Shown piece after piece: positions 1-10,759 of a DNA stretch of 64,000 bases. The notes beneath the pieces were generated by a model. That model was not told where the DNA came from, searched no databases, and was given only the letters and a program-made list of their open reading frames with translations. Source of the stretch: Methanobacteriota archaeon (lineage in GTDB: Archaea > Methanobacteriota > Methanobacteria > Methanobacteriales > Methanobacteriaceae); NCBI GenBank assembly GCA_963787255.1, contig CAWBCJ010000018.1, positions 96,001 to 160,000 of the forward strand, given 5' to 3'. Numbering within the stretch: position 1 is the first letter of the stretch; each line of letters opens with the position of its first letter. Position numbers and translations under genes: made by a program.

Positions 1-471
1 TGCTGTCATTTCAAGATTTTTCATAGTTTTAATTGCTTCAACTGGAGTTTCAAGTAATATAGAGGTTACAATAATTTTTCCCTTTTTATTAATCTTTTTA
101 AAACCTTCTTTTATTATTGCAGATAAATCACCGCTACTTCCTCCAATCATCAAAATATCAAAATTTTCAACATCTTTTAAAGCTTCAAGGGCATCTTTAT
201 GTATTAATTTTACTTTATTACGTAAATTGTGTTTTTTAAGGTTTTTCTCGGTAATATTTAATGCATCTTTATTTTTATCCACGGCATATACAATTTTAGC
301 TTTTTTTGCAAATTCTAAGGTTAGTCCACCTGTCCCGCAGCCAATGTCCATCACAACATCATCTGGTGATACTTCTGACTTACACATTACCAAGCATCTT
401 ATTTCTTCCTTTGTGGGGCCAGGAACGTCTTTTGAAGTTATAAAATCTTTATCGTGAATCATTTCCATCAT
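1..471 (-). CDS. cbiT: Precorrin-6B C15-methyltransferase (decarboxylating), 3' end outside window
   Basis: Not in ORF track; manual translation M(ME)MIHDKDFITSKDVPGPTKEEIRCLV...VMDIGCGTGGLTLEFAK, with the SAM-binding motif and the CbiT-typical PTKEEIR. Start at 471 or 462. Confidence 0.9.
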   Translation of the reverse strand, partial: MMEMIHDKDFITSKDVPGPTKEEIRCLVMCKSEVSPDDVVMDIGCGTGGLTLEFAKKAKIVYAVDKNKDALNITEKNLKKHNLRNKVKLIHKDALEALKDVENFDILMIGGSSGDLSAIIKEGFKKINKKGKIIVTSILLETPVEAIKTMKNLEMTA

Positions 472-516
472 TCAATTAGTTTTTTTTAATATGAAAAGTT
501 AAATATGGCGTTTAAT

Positions 517-1077
517 TTAGGGTTTATCATTATGCCATCTTTTGAAAAGGTTATTGTCAATTTCAAGGACATCAAGTATTTTACCTACTACAAAATTGCA
601 CACGTCATCAATATTTTCAGGTTTATGGTAAAATCCGGGCATTGCAGGAAGGATTATACCTCCTTCATTGCTTATTTTAAGCATATTTTCTAGATGAACG
701 GATCGGAGGGGAGTTTCACGTGGCACGAGCACCAGTTTTCTTCTTTCCTTTAAAACTACATCTGCAGCCCTTGTAATTGTATTACTTGCATATCCTGTTG
801 CTATTGCAGAAATAGTCTTCATTGTGCATGGTACTATAACCATAGAATTAAATCTAAAGGATCCGCTGTTTATGGAAGCAGTTAAGTCTTTAGGGTCATA
901 AATAACTGTTGATAAATTTTTAATTTCATCTTCTTCCATGTTTAACTCGTATTTAAGGATAATTTTAGCAGGATCAGTTATTAAAAGTGCTGTATCTTCA
1001 TTCAGTTTCTTTAATTCTTCAAGGAGCCTTATTCCATATACAACTCCACTTGCTCCGGTAATTGCTACTACTATCAT
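517..1077 (-). CDS. ubiX: Flavin prenyltransferase UbiX/Pad1
   Basis: ITGASG, SGSF, PCTMKT, RAADVVLKERRKLVLVPRETP, PGFYHKP motifs; ATG at 1077 preferred over the upstream start. Confidence 0.92.
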   Translation of the reverse strand: MIVVAITGASGVVYGIRLLEELKKLNEDTALLITDPAKIILKYELNMEEDEIKNLSTVIYDPKDLTASINSGSFRFNSMVIVPCTMKTISAIATGYASNTITRAADVVLKERRKLVLVPRETPLRSVHLENMLKISNEGGIILPAMPGFYHKPENIDDVCNFVVGKILDVLEIDNNLFKRWHNDKP

Positions 1078-1130
1078 ATATACCACTTTCTTTTATTTTA
1101 ATTAAATTATTTTTAATGACTTAATTAAGG

Positions 1131-2315
1131 TTAAAACCATTCTTTAATGTTTTTTTGCATTGTAAGTTCAAGATAATTTTCAAATGGGAATTTAGATGCT
1201 TTATCTGCAAATTCTTCAGGAACATAGATACATATGTCTGCATAATTAAATCTAACATTTTTTAGAGCACTTACGAGGCTTGATATCTCATTTAACTTTA
1301 CATACTCGTTACCTACAGATACCAGTGTTCTCATTTCATTAAAGAAAGGATATTCTGGAATGTCAATTATGGTATAATCTGAAGGAGATCCAAGGTCTTC
1401 AGCAATCTCCAGCTCGATTTTACTGATTTTACTGTCCTTAATCTTGAAAACATCCTTGGGCTCTTCAAGATCACTTAATTTTATTGAAAAAACTCTTTTA
1501 AATAAATCCCTGTTATCCAGACGGTTTATAACATCCTTTATCTTGCCTTCATGTGTTCTTGCTATAGAAACAATATCTGAATCGTCATATTGATAAATGG
1601 TTTTGGGATCAACAGTTCCCGCTTCAAATAACCATTTCATGCACCGTCTAAACATTGAATTGATTATACGTGTGGTATGGTGCTGATAAACGCTGGGATA
1701 CATTAAATATCTTGCAATAAGCGCTGATTCTGCGGCTTGAATTCCTTTTGCCTCGATAATTAGATTATCTTCTAGTTTCATTGAGTGAATGAGTCTTCCA
1801 GTATCAATTGTTCCATAAGCAACTCCAGTATAATGAGAATCCCTTATAAGATAATCCATCCGGTCAGCATCAAGTTCACCGCTGATTATTTGACCTAAAG
1901 GTCCTTTCCCGTTAATTATATCTATTATTTCATTTGGATCAAAAGATTCTGATAAAATATTGGATAAATTACTTTCTTTAATTAGCCTAGAAGTCAGATA
2001 TTCATGTGGAGAATCAAGAACTCCTTCTGAGACGTGTGAAAATGGCCCGTGCCCTACATCGTGTAATAGTGCTGCCGAACGGACCATTTTTTTTTCAGTA
2101 TCATCCAGTTCAACAGTATCGGCTATTTGGGATGCTATGTGCAATGTCCCGATTGAATGCTCAAAACGGGAATGATTTGCGCCGGGATAAACGAGATAGG
2201 TGAATCCGAGCTGTTTTATTCTTCGCAAGCGCTGCATTTGAGGTTTATCTACCAGTTTAATCTCAAATTCATCGAGATATAGATTTCCATGGACGCTGTC
2301 CCGTATAAGTTTCAA
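1131..2315 (-). CDS. HD-domain phosphohydrolase (dNTP triphosphohydrolase/SAMHD1-like)
   Basis: QRLRRIKQLG, HSRFEHSIG, LLHDVGHGPFSH, DADRMDYL motifs. Confidence 0.88.
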   Translation of the reverse strand: MKLIRDSVHGNLYLDEFEIKLVDKPQMQRLRRIKQLGFTYLVYPGANHSRFEHSIGTLHIASQIADTVELDDTEKKMVRSAALLHDVGHGPFSHVSEGVLDSPHEYLTSRLIKESNLSNILSESFDPNEIIDIINGKGPLGQIISGELDADRMDYLIRDSHYTGVAYGTIDTGRLIHSMKLEDNLIIEAKGIQAAESALIARYLMYPSVYQHHTTRIINSMFRRCMKWLFEAGTVDPKTIYQYDDSDIVSIARTHEGKIKDVINRLDNRDLFKRVFSIKLSDLEEPKDVFKIKDSKISKIELEIAEDLGSPSDYTIIDIPEYPFFNEMRTLVSVGNEYVKLNEISSLVSALKNVRFNYADICIYVPEEFADKASKFPFENYLELTMQKNIKEWF

Positions 2316-2374
2316 AAAAGTCCTCCAAAATAAAATTTAAGGATTTTATTTTAATTAATCTTTAATATAATGTG

Positions 2375-2815
2375 CTATCCTCCAGACATTATAATATTTG
2401 TTCCAGATTCAGTAAGTTCCTCTTTTTTAAAGTCAAGATCGAATTTAATGCGTTCAATTGTTTCTTTTAATGCATCTAAACTTTGGCCTCTATGCCCTCC
2501 AGCTACAACAACTAGTAAAAGTGAATCTCCGGTATAAAATTCGCCTATATAATGCACTGCGGCAATTTCAGTAACTCCAAATTTGTTAGTGATTTCAGTT
2601 ATAATTTCTTTAAGTTCTTTTTCTGTTTTTGCAATGTCTGGAGTGCTGAGGTTCAATTGTTTGACTTTAATATCCTCTTCTTCCCCTCTTACAATTCCTT
2701 CGAAAGTGAATACTGCTCCGCAACGGTCAATATGTGGATTCTTTTTTACTGCTTTTATAAGGTCAGAAATGGTTACTTTTTCTTCGTCTTTTTTAATGAT
2801 CTTAACATTTTGCAT
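2375..2815 (-). CDS. moaE: Molybdopterin synthase catalytic subunit MoaE
   Basis: GAVFTFEGIVR, VHYIG, GGHR, FKKE motifs. Confidence 0.85.
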   Translation of the reverse strand: MQNVKIIKKDEEKVTISDLIKAVKKNPHIDRCGAVFTFEGIVRGEEEDIKVKQLNLSTPDIAKTEKELKEIITEITNKFGVTEIAAVHYIGEFYTGDSLLLVVVAGGHRGQSLDALKETIERIKFDLDFKKEELTESGTNIIMSGG

Positions 2816-2835
2816 CTTATCACCTAAATTAAGCT

Positions 2836-3396
<561 letters not shown>

Positions 3397-3785
3397 TTAA
3401 TATTTAAGTATAAAAATTGATTTTAATTTAATAATCTATTATTATTTTTTTATAAAATGGAATGCAGTTAGTTACGATAGTAATAACTGTGATTACTATT
3501 TTAACAGTATTTATATATTAATTAATTTATCATTGCAGTGAAAAGATATTTTTTTTATTAATTTTCGATAGAATCGCCAATACTATGTATTCGCTTCATT
3601 GCATTGTCATATTCCATTTGATAATCAAAATTAAAACCGTTTTAATTATATAATATTTCTATTTTCATGATGTCAGTAAAAAAAACTTAATATATATTTC
3701 GTTATACACTTGCAAGTTATCTTAAAATTAGTGTTTACTTATCCTCAACCTTAATATCTAGTTCAAATTTATTTTTTCATGATTT

Positions 3786-3820
3786 TCAAGGATAGACATC
3801 CTGTTTGGATGCCTCCTTGA
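3786..3820 (-). terminator. Stem-loop in 3' region of DUF2795 gene (terminator or stability element)
   Basis: Minus strand UCAAGGA-GGCAUCC-aaaca-GGAUGUC-ua-UCCUUGA: 14-bp stem with one G-U pair, 18 nt after the stop codon. Confidence 0.4.
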
Positions 3821-3838
3821 CAATTTAAGCTTAAATAT

Positions 3839-4033
3839 TTATTTCATTTTTCCAATAGCTTTGCTAATGTCCACTGGAGAATTAAACTGTTTATCTGGTA
3901 CGTTTTCTAAAATATTTAAAACATCATCATTAGCATTATTGCTTTCGGCCTGCTGTAATAAATCTTGTTTACTTGCAGGAAATTTAATTCCTTTAATAGA
4001 TTTTTCTACCTTTGCTGGACTAACTCTAACCAT
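3839..4033 (-). CDS. DUF2795-family small protein
   Basis: GIKFPASKQDLLQQAESNNA...VPDKQFNSPVDI pattern; GGAGGTGA RBS upstream. Confidence 0.8.
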   Translation of the reverse strand: MVRVSPAKVEKSIKGIKFPASKQDLLQQAESNNANDDVLNILENVPDKQFNSPVDISKAIGKMK

Positions 4034-4372
4034 AATTTCACCTCCATTTTATGTTATCTCATTATAAGATAACTTTGAAAAATAATTTATCAATTAAAAT
4101 TTGTTAAATAGTTATTTTAATCTCTTATAACTCTCTTTTTTTCATTTAATGTATTTTAGTACAATCGGTTGTATTCATTTTTGAATGTAGAGATTTAAGT
4201 AATTTACTATATTTTCGTGAAAAAGTAATACTCTCTTCTAAATGTAGAAATTATTATGTTCATAGTCAACATTATTAAAATCCAATTGAATATAGAAAAA
4301 CTATTATAATACCAGTACATACTACTATTACACTTATTAAGGTCATATTTTTTTTAATAATGGTGATTATCA

Positions 4373-6079
4373 ATGATAGAAGTCAAAAACTTATCAAAAA
4401 CATTCCAAATAGAAAACGGGGAAAAAATAGAAGCTCTAAAAGATATTAATCTTAATGTTAAAGACGGGGAAATCCTAGGAATCATAGGAATGAGCGGATC
4501 AGGAAAAAGCACACTTTTAAGAACACTTAGAGGCGTTGAACCATTCGATGAAGGTGAGATAATTCTAGACGACATTAAGGTGAAATCAGATTCAAATCCT
4601 TACAATTTTACAAAGCTTAAAAGAGCAACCGCAATTCATCTTCAAAGGTCATTTGGTTTATGGGGGGAAACAAGTCTTCAAAATGTAATAAGAAAATTTG
4701 CCGGCGCTAAATACGGTGATGAATCAATTCAGGATTTTGATGAAGCACAAAAAGAATTTAAAGAACCAGCAATGGAAATACTTAAAGCAGTAGGCCTTGA
4801 TCACAAAGCTGACCATTTTGCACCAGTACTAAGTGGAGGCGAAAAACAAAGACTTATAATGGCAAGACAACTTGCAAAACATCCTAAAGTACTCCTCCTT
4901 GATGAACCTGCTACAATGTCATGTCCAAAGACAAAACAAGAAATTTTAAGCGCTATAAAGAATATTAATAAAAAATTTGGCATTACCGTAGTTCTGGTTT
5001 CTCACCTGCCTGAAGTTCACAGATACCTGGCAGATAGATTAGTTTTAATGGAAAATGGTAGAATTGTTGACGAAGGTGCTCCCGAAAAGATAATTCCTGA
5101 ATTTAAAAAGAATATGGAACCTACCGAACCTTTAGCAGACCCTGAAAATATTGGACAACCCATAATTAAAGTTGAAAACCTGGACAAGAAATTTTTCCTC
5201 ATAAAAGGTGGAAACACCCTCCATATTAATGATGTTAACTTTGATATCAAGAAAGGAGAAATTGTATCTTTAATAGGATCCAGCGGTGCAGGAAAAACTA
5301 TTCTTCTTCGTCTAGTAGCTGGTTTTGATTTTCCAGATTCAGGAAACGTACTTTTCAAATTAAATGGTAAATGGGTTAACATGCAGGATCTTGGACTTGA
5401 AAGAATGCAGATAAGACGTAAAATAGGTTTCATGCACCAGGAATTTTCACTTACCCATTTTGCAACTGTAAAAGATCAAATAGCATCACGGCTAGGGATA
5501 AAAGATCAAAACGTCCTGGTAAAAGCACGTAAAAAAGCTGAAGAGATGGGAATTAGTGATAAAATACTGGATATTCTCTATCAACTCACTGATCTTCCAG
5601 AAAGTGAGGCTAAGTCTCAATTAGAGAAAATCGGAATTTCATCAAGTGTTCTGGAAATTTTATTCCCTAAATTCCCGGATAAAGAGGTTAAAAAATATGC
5701 TGAACCTGTTTTTAAAGCACTTGATCTGCCTATGGAAATATTGGACAGAAAATCTTACGAATTATCCGGTGGACAAAAGGTTAGGGCTACACTTGCACTC
5801 GTTTTAACATCTAATCCAGAAATTTTAATATTAGACGAGCCATTTGGTGATCTAGATCCTATCACACTAAGAATGATTTCAAATTCTCTTAAGCGAATAA
5901 ATAAAGAATTTAACACAACAATATTAATGGTAAGCCATCATATGGATTTTGTTAAGGAAGTTACAACCCGAGTTTTAATGATTGATAACGGAAAGCTTGT
6001 AGAAGATGGTGATCCTCAAAAAGTCAGCAACAAGTTCCTCAAAGAGTGTAACGCAGGATATTTAATACAAAATGATTAA
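4373..6079 (+). CDS. Double ABC-type ATPase, homolog of methyl-coenzyme M reductase component A2 (AtwA paralog)
   Basis: Two Walker A (GMSGSGKS, GSSGAGKT), LSGGE/LSGGQ signatures, AIHLQRSFGLW and HFAPVLSGGEKQR as in the A2 family; no permease nearby. Confidence 0.78.
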   Translation: MIEVKNLSKTFQIENGEKIEALKDINLNVKDGEILGIIGMSGSGKSTLLRTLRGVEPFDEGEIILDDIKVKSDSNPYNFTKLKRATAIHLQRSFGLWGETSLQNVIRKFAGAKYGDESIQDFDEAQKEFKEPAMEILKAVGLDHKADHFAPVLSGGEKQRLIMARQLAKHPKVLLLDEPATMSCPKTKQEILSAIKNINKKFGITVVLVSHLPEVHRYLADRLVLMENGRIVDEGAPEKIIPEFKKNMEPTEPLADPENIGQPIIKVENLDKKFFLIKGGNTLHINDVNFDIKKGEIVSLIGSSGAGKTILLRLVAGFDFPDSGNVLFKLNGKWVNMQDLGLERMQIRRKIGFMHQEFSLTHFATVKDQIASRLGIKDQNVLVKARKKAEEMGISDKILDILYQLTDLPESEAKSQLEKIGISSSVLEILFPKFPDKEVKKYAEPVFKALDLPMEILDRKSYELSGGQKVRATLALVLTSNPEILILDEPFGDLDPITLRMISNSLKRINKEFNTTILMVSHHMDFVKEVTTRVLMIDNGKLVEDGDPQKVSNKFLKECNAGYLIQND

Positions 6080-6136
6080 ATCTTTGTATTCACATAATAA
6101 TAGATTATAGAAAAAAAAATTTCAGGTAGTTTTTAA

Positions 6137-6688
6137 ATGGTCTTTGAAGAAATTGACAATAAGAATGCTTATAGAATACTTGCACCTCGACCCACAATAA
6201 TTGTAACCACAGTAAACAATAGTGGAGAAGTTAACGCTGCTCCATTTTCTTTTACCATGCCCGTTTCAATGAACCCCCCATTAATAGCATTTGCATCAGT
6301 CATTACTCATCATACATATAAAAATATTGATGAAACTGGTGAATTCGTGGTTAATATTCCCAATGAAGATATATTAAAAGAATTATGGATCACTGGCGAG
6401 AAATTCCCACAAGACGTGAATGAAATTGAAAAAGCAGGTCTAACCCAGATACCCTCAAAAAAAGTAGCACCACCAAAAATAAAAGAATGCATTGCATCTA
6501 TTGAATGCAAGGTAAAATGGATTAAAAAAGCAGGAGATCACGATGTAATAATTGGAGAATCAATTTATGCTGAAGTTCAGGAAAATATACTTAAAAACGG
6601 TCTTCTTGACGTGGAAAAAGTAAAACCAATTTTACATTTAGGTGGAGTGAATTTTGTAGTGGGAGATCATCTAAAAAAGGTAGAATAA
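6137..6688 (+). CDS. Flavin reductase-like FMN-binding protein (flavoredoxin family)
   Basis: PRPTIIVTT, NAAPFSF, HTYKNI, GDH motifs. Confidence 0.85.
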   Translation: MVFEEIDNKNAYRILAPRPTIIVTTVNNSGEVNAAPFSFTMPVSMNPPLIAFASVITHHTYKNIDETGEFVVNIPNEDILKELWITGEKFPQDVNEIEKAGLTQIPSKKVAPPKIKECIASIECKVKWIKKAGDHDVIIGESIYAEVQENILKNGLLDVEKVKPILHLGGVNFVVGDHLKKVE

Positions 6689-6751
6689 AATTTTTTTCTA
6701 TAAATCATTCAATAAAAAAAAATTATTGTTCATTAATTTAGAGGTGTATAA

Positions 6752-7147
6752 ATGTTTAAAACTATAATGGTTCCAACAGATGGCTCTGAATTTGCTCAAA
6801 AAGCTGAAGACATTGCAATTTCCATTGCAGCTAAATATGATGCCAAAATAATTGGTGTTTATGTTATAGACGATAAGTTAATTTATCCATATGAAGTTCT
6901 TGAAGACGAGGGAAAGGATGTTTTAAAGAACTTGAGTTCCAAGGCAAAAAAAGAGGGCATAGTAGTTGATGAAATACTTGTAGTTGGAAACCCTGCTAAA
7001 GATCTGATTATTATCACCGGAAGAATGAAACCAGACTTGGTGATTATTGGAACCCATAGTAAAAAAGGATTAGAGAAATTACTACTTGGAAGCGTGGCTG
7101 AAAACGTTTTAAAGAAAGTAGAAACTCCTGTATTACTGGTTAAATAA
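6752..7147 (+). CDS. Universal stress protein (UspA family)
   Basis: IMVPTDGS, G-P, IIGTHSKKGLEKLLLGSVAE. Confidence 0.9.
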   Translation: MFKTIMVPTDGSEFAQKAEDIAISIAAKYDAKIIGVYVIDDKLIYPYEVLEDEGKDVLKNLSSKAKKEGIVVDEILVVGNPAKDLIIITGRMKPDLVIIGTHSKKGLEKLLLGSVAENVLKKVETPVLLVK

Positions 7148-7490
7148 TCAATTTCTTTTATTTAATAAATTCCATTAAAATTTTTTAAATTGTTTTAAGG
7201 ACAATATTCACGCTAGAAGATTATTTATATAATTATATCAGATTTAGATGTATCTAGAACTGATATGCAGGGTATGAAAAGCTTATTAAAAGAAATAAAA
7301 ACTTGTCTGATTAAAAAAACTGAGTTATTCATAGCATTGTGGGATTAAATACTGCTGAAGTTCTTATTATTTGCTCCTTTAGACATACATATACGTCTTG
7401 CTATATTAAGAGGAGTGATTGCTTTTAACATATTTAAAACAAAGTATTTAGTTGAAACTAAATAAAATTTAAGAAAGTTGGTCTAATACT

Positions 7491-7922
7491 ATGAGACTAT
7501 GGAGTCTAAATCCAAAATATCTTGACGTAAAAGGTCTTAACGGCGTGTGGCGTGAGGGAATAATGGCACGAAATGCTCTTTTAGGTATTAAGAAAGGCTA
7601 CCTTAATCATCCGCAGCTTGAAAGATTTAAAAAACAGGAAAATCCTGTTCTTTTTATTGACACATATCTTTTAAATGTTTATAAAGAATCTATAAATAGG
7701 AAATACAATTTTAATAGAGAAAAATTCGGCTTAAATTTTACTGATTCTAAAATCGATGTTACTGAAGGTCAGATTCTCTATGAATTTAAACATTTAAAGC
7801 GTAAACTCAAAATAAGAGATAGGGATAAATATGAAGAATTAAAAAGAATTAAATTTCCAGATGTAAATCCTGTTTTTAAAGTTATTAAAGGGGATATAGA
7901 GTCATGGGAAAGACCATATTAA
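7491..7922 (+). CDS. Pyrimidine-dimer DNA glycosylase / T4 endonuclease V family protein
   Basis: MRLWSLNPKYLDxKGLxxxWRE, GYLNHPQLERF, GQILYEFKHL. Confidence 0.8.
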   Translation: MRLWSLNPKYLDVKGLNGVWREGIMARNALLGIKKGYLNHPQLERFKKQENPVLFIDTYLLNVYKESINRKYNFNREKFGLNFTDSKIDVTEGQILYEFKHLKRKLKIRDRDKYEELKRIKFPDVNPVFKVIKGDIESWERPY

Positions 7923-8087
7923 CAAAATTAATTTAACTATATTTTTTGGAACTATTTTTTTTCCTTATTTTACTTAATTGACTTAAATAAAACAACTTAA
8001 TCATGCAATATTTTATTAATACAAAAATACAAAATTAACATAATATAACCAGAAAAAAATGTTTTAAAATAGAAATAGGTGAAATTC

Positions 8088-8255
8088 ATGGCAAAAAGAT
8101 ATTACTGTGGTATTTGTGGATACATATACGACCCTGAAAAGGGCGAACCTCGAAAAGAAATAACCCCTGGCACTTCATTTGAAGATCTACCTGATCTATG
8201 GAGATGCCCAAGCTGCGGAGCAGGTAAAATTAGATTTAGAGTGAAGGATAGATAA
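8088..8255 (+). CDS. Rubredoxin 1 (55 aa, basic)
   Basis: Not in ORF track; [55 protein letters not shown]; GGTGA RBS. Confidence 0.92.
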   Translation: MAKRYYCGICGYIYDPEKGEPRKEITPGTSFEDLPDLWRCPSCGAGKIRFRVKDR

Positions 8256-8361
8256 AATAGCAATCAATTTATATTAAAAAACCCCAATACAATGATGAGG
8301 GGGTAAATAAAAACTTCCTCAATCAAATCACATTAGTAACGGATATATCGAGGTTAAAAAC

Positions 8362-8520
8362 ATGGATAAATACAAATGCAAAGTCTGTGGATACATATAT
8401 AACCCAGAAGATGGCGAAACTAAAACAAAAACAGAACCTGGAACTTCTTTTGATGATTTACCTGATTTATGGCGTTGTCCTAGATGCGGTGCAGGTAAAA
8501 TTAGATTCATAAAAACATAA
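8362..8520 (+). CDS. Rubredoxin 2 (52 aa, basic)
   Basis: Not in ORF track; [52 protein letters not shown]; GAGGT RBS. Confidence 0.92.
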   Translation: MDKYKCKVCGYIYNPEDGETKTKTEPGTSFDDLPDLWRCPRCGAGKIRFIKT

Positions 8521-8585
8521 GATTAGAAAAAATTCTATTCATTTAAAATAACCATTTTTTAGTAAAGAATCGGAGGTTAAAAAAC

Positions 8586-8747
8586 ATGGATAAATACATT
8601 TGTATAGCATGTGGTTACATATACGATCCAGAAGAAGGAGATGCAATGTCTGGAATCGAAGCAGGCACAGCATTTGAAGATCTACCAGACGATTGGTTAT
8701 GTCCAATGTGCGGCGTTGGAAAAGATCAATTTAAACCTGTGGATTAA
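8586..8747 (+). CDS. Rubredoxin 3 (53 aa, acidic, canonical)
   Basis: Not in ORF track; [53 protein letters not shown]; GGAGGT RBS. Confidence 0.93.
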   Translation: MDKYICIACGYIYDPEEGDAMSGIEAGTAFEDLPDDWLCPMCGVGKDQFKPVD

Positions 8748-8748
8748 A

Positions 8749-9930
8749 ATGGCTTCAAGGATAATTAAACCTGGAATTTATTTTACAGGTGTAATAGATT
8801 GGGATCGGAGATTATTCGACGAAATAATCCCCCTTCCTGATGGTACAAGCTATAACTCTTACATTGTACATGGAAGTGAAAAAACTGCCTTAATAGACAC
8901 AGCCGATCCAGCTAAAAAACACGATTTTTTAAATAATATCTCAATAACTAACCTAAAAATAGACTATATTATTTCTAACCACGCAGAACAAGACCATTCA
9001 GGATTGATACCTGAAGTACTTGAAATATACCCTGATGCAATGGTTCTAACTTCTCCAAAATGTAAAGAACTTCTAAAAGAACTGCTCCTAATTGATGATG
9101 AAAAATTCATAACAGTTGAAGATGGAGAAACAGTGTCCCTTGGAGATAAAACACTACGATTCATTTACACTCCCTGGGTTCACTGGCCAGAAACCATGGT
9201 AACATATCTTGAAGAAGATAAAATTCTTTTCAGCTGCGATTTCTTTGGTTCACACCTTGCAACAAGCGATCTGTTTGTAAGAGATGAGCATATTACTTAC
9301 AGAGCTGCAAAAAAGTATTATGCAGAGATAATGATGCCCTTTAGAGTATTTATCTCCAAAAACATGGAAAGGATCAAAGAACTACAAGTTGATATGATAG
9401 CGCCAAGTCACGGTCCAATATATAACAATCCAGAAATGATTTTAGAGGCTTACAACGATTGGATATCCGATAGAACCAAAAACGAAGTTGTAATACCCTA
9501 TGTATCAATGCACGGTAGTACAAAACAGATAGTTGATTATTTAGTAGATATCCTCATTCAGAAAGGAGTAACAGTTAAACCGTTCAATTTAACAATTTCA
9601 GACACTGGAGAACTGGCTTTAAGTATTGTAGATGCTTCAACATTGGTAATTGCTACTCCCACAGTCCTAACAGGACCTCATCCAAGTGCAGTTTATGCGG
9701 CATATCTTGTAAATGCTTTAAGACCTAAATTGAAGTTTATATCAATAATAGGTTCTTATGGTTGGGGTGGAAGAACAGTAGAACTGATTAAAGGAATGCT
9801 TACAAATGTAAGGGCAGAAATAATAGAACCAGTCATAGTTAGAGGATTCCCAAAGGATGAAGACTTTAAGAAGATGGATGAATTAGCTGAAGAAATAATA
9901 AAGAAGCATAAAGAACATAAGTTGATTTAG
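8749..9930 (+). CDS. fprA: Flavodiiron protein (A-type flavoprotein)
   Basis: GTSYNSY, HAEQDH, HWPE, SCDFFG, PSHG, flavodoxin domain [15 protein letters not shown]; true start ATG 8749 (ORF-track extension overlaps rubredoxin 3). Confidence 0.92.
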   Translation: MASRIIKPGIYFTGVIDWDRRLFDEIIPLPDGTSYNSYIVHGSEKTALIDTADPAKKHDFLNNISITNLKIDYIISNHAEQDHSGLIPEVLEIYPDAMVLTSPKCKELLKELLLIDDEKFITVEDGETVSLGDKTLRFIYTPWVHWPETMVTYLEEDKILFSCDFFGSHLATSDLFVRDEHITYRAAKKYYAEIMMPFRVFISKNMERIKELQVDMIAPSHGPIYNNPEMILEAYNDWISDRTKNEVVIPYVSMHGSTKQIVDYLVDILIQKGVTVKPFNLTISDTGELALSIVDASTLVIATPTVLTGPHPSAVYAAYLVNALRPKLKFISIIGSYGWGGRTVELIKGMLTNVRAEIIEPVIVRGFPKDEDFKKMDELAEEIIKKHKEHKLI

Positions 9931-9943
9931 TGAAGGTGAGCAA

Positions 9944-10459
9944 ATGTTAAAAGAAAATATTTTAAAGGCTTTGAATTCACAGTTAAATGCAGAACTATAT
10001 TCTGCATACCTTTATTTATCTATGGAGGCATATTTTGAATCCATTGACCTCAGTGGATGTGCAAACTGGATGAGAGCACAGGCACAAGAAGAATTAACCC
10101 ATGCAATGAAAATTTATGGCTACATAGTTCAAAGAGGGGAAAGAGTAACTTTATCCACCATAGATGGACCTCAAGTTGAATGGGATTCTCCGGTTGCAGT
10201 ATTTGAACATGTTTACAAGCATGAACAGAAAGTAACCGGCTTAATAAATGATTTAGTGGATCTATCCGTATCTGAAAGTGATCACGCAACCAGCAACTTC
10301 CTTCAGTGGTTTGTAGCAGAACAAGTAGAAGAAGAAGAGTCAGCTAGCAGTGTACTTCAAAGAATGAAACTTGCAGAGAATTCTAAAAGTGGTTTATTTA
10401 TGCTAGACAGCGAACTGGGGCAGAGAGTATTCACACCACCAGCAGCAAAAGGAGAATAA
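9944..10459 (+). CDS. ftnA: Non-heme ferritin
   Basis: [34 protein letters not shown] ferroxidase residues. Confidence 0.93.
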   Translation: MLKENILKALNSQLNAELYSAYLYLSMEAYFESIDLSGCANWMRAQAQEELTHAMKIYGYIVQRGERVTLSTIDGPQVEWDSPVAVFEHVYKHEQKVTGLINDLVDLSVSESDHATSNFLQWFVAEQVEEEESASSVLQRMKLAENSKSGLFMLDSELGQRVFTPPAAKGE

Positions 10460-10759
10460 TAACAAATCCTTTATTTAACTTCTAAACCATTATTAATTCA
10501 TTTATTCTATTTAGAATAAATTTTATTATATTTATTAGCTTGTTTTCTTTTTTTAATTAGTAAGATATGTATTTAATTTAAAATACTGAAAAATGTTAAC
10601 TTAACTATTAGTAATATGTATTTAAACTTCTATTTTCTTGAAATATACATATAAAAAAGAAGTTTTTGTGATTATTCAATGGATTTAACGAAATTATTAT
10701 TTAACATGAATAATAAAATAATAACAATAGTATTATTTTTCAAAAAAAGAGGGTTTTAA

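Noticed and set aside
1131-2315. SAMHD1-like dNTPase as a nucleotide-depletion defence gene
   Set aside because: Embedded in a housekeeping run with no defence-island context
8611-8748. 46-aa N-terminal extension of FprA in the ORF track
   Set aside because: It is an alternative frame of rubredoxin 3; FprA homology starts at ATG 8749
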